A stretch of 64,000 nt of DNA from Blepharisma stoltei ATCC 30299 (lineage: Eukaryota; Protista; Ciliophora). The DNA is taken from NCBI GenBank assembly GCA_965603825.1, contig CBFDEM010000015.1:310001-374000 (forward strand), in the 5' to 3' direction. This document shows, in pieces, positions 56,147-64,000 of this stretch (position 1 is its first letter; every line of letters begins with the position of its first letter). Both the position numbers and the translations under genes were made by a program. Below the pieces are notes generated by a model that saw only the letters and a list, made by a program, of their open reading frames with translations, was not told the origin of the DNA and did not search any database.

Positions 56147-59100
56147 TTAAATTACCTTTCTCTTGCAATTGATAGTTCTTAGTTTTCTGCTCAAGATTGG
56201 CACAATATATCTTTCAAATATAAAAATGATAGCAAAGCCTCCTAAAAGTATAGCTTCTAGCTGAAGCTTATAGTCGAGCTCAAGATAGACCATTTGGAAA
56301 ATTTCTCTTGTTACTTCATCTGCTACTAATGTCATATAAACCTGCATGAAGGAAAAGAAAATAGCAAAGCCAGTGAACCAATAGTTACTTCTAAATGGCA
56401 TGCGGAAGGGAGGACCATCGTTTAGAGCGATGCATGTAAATAAAACTTCAGCTGCTCCAGTAAGAAAAAGGACTGTATTGTCAGGGACCTCGCTTGCCCA
56501 CACTACGGAGGTATCTTTGGGAACACTATATCAGCTCTGATACTGCAAACTGTAATAAGCAGCCCATTGGATTCCCATCAAAATGCAAGCTTGCATAAAG
56601 ATGGGAACTGTAATTTCAAGGGAAAACAAGACTCCTGGGGGCAACTCAGTCGCTAATTTATCATATGCACGAGTATATGACATAGTGATCGCTAAAATGA
56701 GTATCAAAACTAAATCAATGTACATAAACTGTCTGTCTAGCATATTGTTTTGGTGAATAAAAAGAACGTTTTCTAAGACAAATTCAATCATGCTGTAGAA
56801 GGCTATAAACTTAAAGGCTTGAAAAGAAGTAACCAAGGAAGCCCTTCCTTCTTTTAGCACTTCTATAATGCTGTTTAGCTTCTTCCCAGTAAAAGGGGCA
56901 GCAATTGATGCTTCAGCTTCACTCAAGCTTAGTCCTACGTCTGCTGCTTTTAAGGCTCCACAGTCATTGGCACCATCTCCCACCATGGCAACAAGTAGAT
57001 CAGAATATTGAAGCTGCTCTATAACCAAAATTTTCTGCTGTGGTGACATTCTTCCAAAAATGACAGCTTGATCCTTGAAGATTGATACTATAGGATCCAT
57101 GTAAGAAATATAGTGCTGCAATAAATTGCCTGTAAGCGCTAATGATGTTCCTTTTTCATTTGTCAGCTCGCAGGTATTTCCTTCATCATCTTCCCAGTGA
57201 GGCTTTTCATTAATCAGGTCTCCAATAAGAACTTTGTTTCCTTCAGGCACAAGCCCGCATTCCTTCGCCACTGATAGCCCAGTCAGCAGTGCATCTCCAG
57301 TTGATATAACGCATTTTACTTCAGCTTTTAGCAGAGTTTGTATAGTTTCTTTTGATTCAGGCTTCAAATGATTCTGCAAGATTAGCAGCCCTAGAAAAGT
57401 CAGCCCATTTTCAATTTCACTAAGACTTTGATGGCTATCAAAGGTCTGAAGAGTTTTTGTAGCACAAGCTAATACCCTTAATCCTTGCTTGGTATAATGG
57501 AAAATTTGTTTGCTTAAATTATCAGGAACATTAATGCACAGTGGAATTATGACTTCAGGAGCACCTTTCATATGCAGCTTTAGGTGGCAATTGTGCTCAA
57601 TGATTACGCCCATTCGCTTTAAAAGTGAAGTAAAGTGATACAAATGCTTAACCTTTGCTTCATGTTGCCCATTGGTAACTACAAATCTGTATTCTTCGCT
57701 TTCAGTTCATTTTCAGTTCAACCTGTTGAAAATCGCGACTTCTTGTGGATCACCCACGAGATGATCATCAAGAATTATCAAAGAATGGCATGAAGCCATG
57801 CTTTCTTGCAGCTCATAAGGGCAGGTGGTCAAGTCTTCATGGATTTCTTGATTTGATGGCTCCCAAACTCCTTTAAGTGTCATTGAATCTTCAGTAAGAG
57901 TTCCAGTTTTATCAAAACAAATAATAGAAACTCTTCCAGCTGCGTTAACAGATGGTGGAGAAATACACATTATCTTCTTTTCCTTCAATCTCACCACAGC
58001 AAAGGCCATTCCCACACTCATAGCTAATGGTAACGCTGGAGGAACTATAGTTGTCACTAAGTCAAAACAGCTCATCAGCGTATCTACCAAGCTTTCTCCA
58101 TCTTGTATGTAGTTTCCTAAATATCATAAAAACCCAAATAGACCGAATAATGACATAAGTCCAATAAACTTGAAAGAATCAGTATAAAACTTGAAACGAT
58201 TCGGCTTTGGGAATAAAATAGACTTCACAAGCTCTCCTTTTGCTGTTGAAAAACCAGTCGCAATTACAATTCCTTCTGGGTCACCTCTAAGTGTTAAAGG
58301 AACAGTTCCTGAACTCAAAGTATACCTTTTATCATTTATATAAATAAGCTGATTTGAAACTGGGAGAGCGTCTTTTAGCTCTGGTTGGGACTCTCCAGTA
58401 AGCATACATTCATCAACTAAGCATATTCCTTTTGTTAGCACAATATCGCAAGGCAGCTGGATATTTAATGGAATTTTCACCAAGTCTCCAGGTACTACAC
58501 TGTGGCTTTTCTGCTCGCTTCAGCACCCATTTCTAAAAACTGTCATTGAGCACTCATACATTGCCAATTCTCTCACAGCCTTGATACTGCTTCTAGTCTC
58601 TATTAAGCTTGCACAGAGAGCTGCAATTGAACATACAAAAATGGCAACAGAATAATAATAGTACTCTTCCCATAGTCATAGGCCAATACTAAAAATCTGA
58701 AAAATAAAGAAAGGGTGCATTACATCTGTTACTAAGAGCTTAAGTACACCAGGCATCGGAACATCTATCATGCAATGGCCAAATAAAGAGAGTCTTCCTC
58801 GATATTGAGAGTCTGAAGTCAAGCCTTTTCCAAATTTTTCATGGAGTTGAGAATAAGTTTGAGTGTAAGGAAATTGCAAAGCAACGAAGCAGCGCATCTC
58901 TTTGGAGTAATAATATCGACTATGCCTGAAATCGAATATCTATTTATACTTTACTTCAAGATTTACTATGTGTTCAGAGCTGGAGATCCCTAGGGACGAA
59001 AGAGGGATTGCAATTGATCGGATCTGGATGATTTCTTTGATGCCATCTTTGGTGCATACAAGGACGTGGGTTGCATTTTCCGCTTCAATAGCGTTGTATT

Positions 59101-59278
59101 GCAGCATTTGAAGACTGATAAATCAGTGATTTAGAAGATAGAAAATTCCCATGGAAAGGAAGTAGAGGAGATAGGACAAAGCTTGCTTAGGTTTATTGAC
59201 TCTGAGGAAAAGCAGCTTATTCCCACCACAGCAAGCAGCTTCAGTCTTCTTGGGCTGAGCTTCGTCAAACTTATTCAT
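56147..59278 (-). CDS. P5B-type ATPase (ATP13A2/3-like, putative polyamine transporter); 1 intron
   Basis: HPFFIFQ, VPGD, LTGES, PPALP (P5B signature), CFDKTGTLT, KGAPE, TGD, GDGANDCGALK, EGRASLVTSF; joined by TGA=W. Confidence 0.93.
58940..58954 (-). other. 15-nt spliceosomal intron
   Basis: gtaaagtataaatag; in-frame TAG; joins VNLE|IFDFRH. Confidence 0.85.
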
Positions 59279-60114
59279 TATATTCACCAATAAATGTAAA
59301 CCCTTCTTCTGGACACTGAGAAATTAGTAAAATGCGGTTGGAACAGTTTTCTTAAGATATCAAAGCACATTTAGACATATCAGACTCTTATATGGTGTTT
59401 CAGGGTGAAAATTCTCAGATCTTTCGTTTTGGGTCGTTGTCCCATGACTCATGCTAGAAAAGATGAAGAAAGACCAATCAGGTAGATATAAAAATCTAAC
59501 TTTAATTATTAACTCCGACTTATTTTCTAATGAGAGCTTAAGGATTTTACAAATCGTTGAGAATGAAACTGATTTTGCTTCTTGCTATTATTTAAAAACT
59601 TTCTTGATTTGCTGCATGCCTAAAATAGTAGTTATATTTGTAGTTATTTTCTGCTATTATGTAGCCATTGAAACCTAATTTTAATGATTTTCATAAAAAT
59701 GTATTCGTAAATTATTTCCTGCATGGATTATTCATTTTTATTTGTTATGAAAGGTGGATATAAATTGATCAATAGCCGCTTATCGACTTTATCACTATTG
59801 CTTCACATCGCTTTTTTTTTCAATTTTTATGTTTAGCCATTATCTGTCTATATCCTTAAATTTGCATATAGATTATTAAAAACCATTGATCAAACATCAA
59901 TATCGAGCTGATAATTAATAGAGATATACAAAATCTCTCTCTATATATATACCTGAGCTAAGGCTGGATTAGCTAAACAGCATCTGCAGCATTTAAAAAA
60001 TAAATGAATGAATATGCTGATTTAAGAAAATGAGAAAGTAGAGACATTTATGAATTATTTTTCTTTAGAATTATTTTTGTTAAAGAATCTTAGTAATTTA
60101 CAATGATATTTAAA

Positions 60115-61629
60115 TTATTCATCCAGAATTTTGTTGTTTACTGACTTTACATCGAAACTTCATGAAATACGCTTTCTGTACTCTCTTTGTATAAATATTG
60201 CGGCGTTTCTAATTTTCTTATAAATTTTCCTGCACTGCCACATTTTAGCTGATTTTTGAATTGCTAAGCATGCTTTTTTTATTTTTCAATATCGAACCCT
60301 ACATAAAAGCATTCTAAAAAACGCTTGGATTTTTACTATTTGCTCTTCAAAGGTTTTTACATCATTTTTCCTTGGAATTAGCTTAATTTTAATATTTTTT
60401 TGCTTAATCTTTTTTGCAGATCTCTGATTAATAATGTCTTTCAAAATTTCTGCATCTTTTAAAAATCTTTTTTTAGCACTCAAAACTCTTTTCTGTTTAA
60501 AGCGCATGCGTTCTATGCATCCTTTTCACCAAGCCTGAATGATTGTAGCAGCAAGGTTTTCTCTAGCTCTAAATTCCTCTATATCAATTCTTTTTCTTCT
60601 AATAGGAATGGGAGTTGGAATTGACTTTCTTGACCCCTTTAGCTTAAGAGCTCTTTTACGGTTGGATTTTCAGCTTAGATTCATAAATGGGCTAGCCTCT
60701 CTTAGTTTGACATTATTAATCGGTGGAGATTTTGTTCTGAGAATTTTTGCTGCTGAAGATGATCTTCTCACATTTGCACTTGAAGGCTTACTGACGTAGC
60801 CTAACCTTTGTAAACTGTTATGATTTGGGTGAGAACTTTTTTCAATTTTTAGTCTGAGATGGGATTTATTTCTGTAAGGCTTATTTCCTGATATATTATC
60901 AGGAAGTTTTATAGCCTTTCTGCTGGCCTCTCTGCTTTTTCCTCTTTTTCAAAAGGAATTGTCAACTTTGGTAAGTTCAATTTTATGCTTCAATAACGGC
61001 ACTGAAGGGATTTCAGGGCCTTTTATTTCTCTTTCGCACATCGCATAATGATTTTTTAGCTTTTTAGTTATCTCATGATTTTCTCCTATATTTTCTCTAC
61101 ATAAGTCATATCCTTTCTTATAGCAGTCTAACGCATCGGTCATTTGATTTAAAAATTCATACTCAACCCCTACATTATGATAAGCAATTCCCAAATGACT
61201 AGCTAAGCCTGGATTTTCATTGAAATTATTCCTCAATAAATAAAGAGACTTCAAAGAGTGCCTTAGTGCTCTTTCATGCTCTTGCTTTTCCGACAAAATT
61301 GCACATATATTTAAATGTGATTGTGCAAGTATGCTTACCTCTTCGCCTTTGGATTTTCCAATTTCTGCAGCTTTAAAAAAGCACTCAAGCGCTTTTTCAT
61401 TGTTTTTAAGTTTCTTATAATAAGTTCCATAGTGGTTCATAGCAATTGAACAGAGCTTGTTTCTAACTTCCATTTGTTTAATATTCGATGATTGATCTAA
61501 AGCGCTATTTAAAAGATAAAGCGAGTGATTGTAATCATCCTTCCGAAGAAACTCTGCTGCTTGCTTTATTTGGTACTGAATAGCATTTTCGATGTCTTTT
61601 AAATTCGCATTTGGAGTTCATTCAGACAT
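60115..61629 (-). CDS. TPR plus IQ-motif protein
   Basis: TPRs (HLNICAILS...HERAL, IAYHNVGVEYEFL); IQAWWKG, IQAFFRM, IQKSAKM, IQREYR; one frame with TGA=W. Confidence 0.82.
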
Positions 61630-61650
61630 TTATTAAAGTTAATCTACTAA

Positions 61651-63705
61651 TTATTCTTGTTTATTTTTTCGAAAGTTTTGGGCTGTGAAATGCAGAAGAT
61701 CCAAAAATTGGTCAAGAAGAATTTTTTTCATCCTCGAGCCATTTCCAGACTGATGCCTTTCTGGGGAATCAATTAATTTTGATAAATCTTCAACGATTTC
61801 ATCTCTATTTCGGTTTTGTTCTATCATCAATTCTAACAACTCAACATCGCATATAAATGGAAGGAGGAATTTTTGGAGAGGAACGGTCTGCAAAATAGGT
61901 TTAACTTTTGAAGCAGAAAAGTCTGGGTCTGTTAATTGATATAAAATAATCCCTTCTAGAAGAGCACCCACTTTCATAACTGAATATGCGAGTCTTTTAT
62001 AGAACTTCGGATACTCAATCACTCTGGCAGCTTTTAAATAATCTTTCACAGCCAAATGGAACTTTTCTTCTAATAAAAACATATTCCCTGAAAAATAATC
62101 ATTGTATCCTCCGGGGCTTAATTTCTTTGTTTTACCAATTGCGACCTTTGTTAGCCTTGTCAGTTTTGAGAAGTCGTGAACTCCTGTTTTTCTATATAAT
62201 TCTTACATCTTATAATCAATATCAGTAGGGACATCAATCATAAAGTCATTTTCAAAGCTAATAAGCTCAAAATATGAATAAAGCTGGTCTGCTTCAGTCT
62301 GCCGCTCTTTATGGATAAATTTAAGAACTCTAACAGCAGTAAACAGCCATCTTGAAATTTGTTTAACAACAAGCGGAATTTGAATGCTTTCTACAAAAAT
62401 TATCAGGATTTTTATATCAATTTTTTCTATGACATCTAAAAAATTCAAATAAACGTCTGATAAAAAGTCACTCGAGCAAGGCTCGGGTTGGGCTATCAAG
62501 ACTTGAACTTTTTCAACGAAATTAAGCACATTCAGTAACTCTTCAGAGAGCAATGATTTAACTCTTGTAGAGAAACTTCCAAGGTAAGGAGATTGCAATA
62601 TCAGTGCTAAAATATATGTCCATTGCTTCAAATTTGGTGGGCCGAATTTTTCAATAATTTCTTTTAATGTGTCGAAGTATTTTTCTGGAGGGGACTCTTC
62701 TAATGGAGTTATGACTGCACAATAATACACACAATCTGTTCACAAGTAAAGCTCAGACTCTGTAATTCTGCTTAAAACATCTTCAAATATTTTCCTTGAC
62801 AAAGAGCTGTATCCTTTATTTTCAAATAGAGCATATTTTAAGTACTTTCTGGCTACAGCAAACTGTTCTGTTAGATTATCGACTTCAATTTTTGATTTTA
62901 TGATGTCTATGTTTTGGGCCATCTGTTCTAAATCTACTTGAATATTTCTATGTTACTTTTACTCTTGTTGGTCTCTTTGTACTCTTCTTTTGCCTTCTAG
63001 CTCTCTACTGTAATGAAATAGCTCTCTTGCATAAGACTCGTCTTTTTCTATTTCCATCGTTTCAGGGATGATTCCAAGATACCCTTTTAGCTTGTCAACA
63101 GTTAGAGTGGTGATTTTATTGGGATTCGCTGTTGGCACATAATCTGCAGGAAGGCTCTTATATAGTTCAGTAAAATGGTATGCTGCTTCTGCATAATTTT
63201 CTTCTAAAGCTTTTCACAAGCCCAACTCATATAAAATTTGTGGGTTTGTAGTGCGGACTTTCGAAAGGTGGTGGATTGCTTCTAACTCTTCATCTCTATC
63301 TAAATGCAGCACTTCTCTAGCAAACTTGTAATCAGTGATCAAAGTCCTAATCACAAATCGATAATAAAGGATATTGTCCCCTTTATCCCTTGCTTTTTTC
63401 ATCAAATTGATTTTGTATTCCAAAGGAAGCTCTTGGGATTCGAATTCTTCTAATAAGTCTGTAGAGCTGTGGACCAAAAGGTCAGTAATAATTTCTTCTA
63501 ACACTTTAAGCTTTTTTGTGTTGGGATTGATTGCTCCGTTGGGATGGGTGTGATATAAGGCACTTGCAAATAGCTCTTTTGGGCAGTCATTTATCTATGT
63601 TAACCATACATGCTCGCGGCGATAAGGCTCGGATAAAAACTTCACCCAGAGAAAATAGGTATTTTCTGGAGGCTTTAGCACTGCAAGTTCATATCTATCT
63701 TCCAT
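61651..63705 (-). CDS. INTS8: Integrator complex subunit 8-like helical protein; 3 introns
   Basis: Recalled similarity to INTS8: N-terminal WVKFL, QILYELG...KLKGY, C-terminal YLKA...KRL......IILYQ...FICDVELLELM; frame restored by three 15-nt introns and TGA=W. Confidence 0.6.
62192..62206 (-). other. 15-nt spliceosomal intron
   Basis: gtaagaattatatag; removes an in-frame TAA. Confidence 0.85.
62948..62962 (-). other. 15-nt spliceosomal intron
   Basis: gtaaaagtaacatag; removes an in-frame TAA. Confidence 0.82.
63595..63609 (-). other. 15-nt spliceosomal intron
   Basis: gtatggttaacatag; in-frame TAG; links the ATG at 63705 to the downstream frame. Confidence 0.8.
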
Positions 63706-64000
63706 TTTTATTAAATTTTATATATAAGGAGTGTTAATTAAAGACTTTTCCACTTGTAGAAATATATATTTGAAGTTTTTGAAGCCTTGTTCTCTAAGCA
63801 TGCCAAAAATTTTTCTATTTTTTCTTTGATCAGCCGATACTTGTAGATAGAGATATTTGATAAGTTGACAGGAGGCTTTTGGATCTTATTAAAAAGAGAC
63901 AAAAAAGATGAAAAGCCAGTCCGAAGCCTTGATTTGTAAATAAACTCAAGAGGCTTATAGAAATTATCAACTGCTTCGCTATCAATATGTGATGTACTCA

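Noticed and set aside
59451-59678. 75-aa plus-strand ORF between the P5B ATPase and TPR-IQ genes
   Set aside because: Short, AT-rich, no recognisable motif; cannot be supported without expression data
14414-63705. Many fragmented ORFs could be read as pseudogenes or frameshifted genes
   Set aside because: Fragments stay in frame and join through TGA at conserved Trp sites or through consensus 15-nt introns
1-64000. Bacterial (Mycoplasma-like) or mitochondrial origin suggested by UGA=Trp
   Set aside because: Spliceosomal introns and eukaryote-specific genes (CDC20, DHHC, Myb, RMC1, PKD2) indicate a nuclear genome
1-64000. tRNA, rRNA, snRNA genes, transposases or IESs
   Set aside because: None recognised by eye; tRNAscan-SE, Infernal and germline reads would be needed to exclude them

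Overview
Gene-dense, AT-rich eukaryotic DNA, most consistent with the macronuclear genome of a heterotrich ciliate of the Blepharisma type. Two properties explain why the supplied ORF track is fragmented. (1) TGA is read as Trp: it sits at invariant Trp positions of WD40, kinase, Myb and ABC motifs, while genes end in TAA/TAG. (2) Genes carry 15-nt GT...TAG spliceosomal introns; I found 15, all with A at position 10. Re-reading with these rules gives 28 intact genes and 2 pseudogenes. They include an SDR, a 3201-aa Cys-rich GPI-type surface protein with a degenerate leishmanolysin-like head, threonine dehydrogenase, a countin-like protein, a PKD2-like channel, GST plus an upstream GST relic, a half-size ABCA, an ankyrin-DHHC palmitoyltransferase and an EF-hand protein. 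Also present are a local family of proline-rich single-pass proteins, Myb, pentapeptide-WD40, a CDPK-like pseudokinase, RMC1, a degenerate CCT, thymidylate kinase, FAM135, a HAD-ITPK fusion, TPR proteins, CDC20, ADCK1, a P5B ATPase and an INTS8-like gene. The most notable observations are the HAD-inositol phosphate kinase fusion hidden by two introns and three TGA codons, a block of genes separated by only 8-21 nt, gene-specific avoidance of TGA-Trp, and several apparent pseudoenzymes. All homology calls come from motif recognition by eye; no searches were run.
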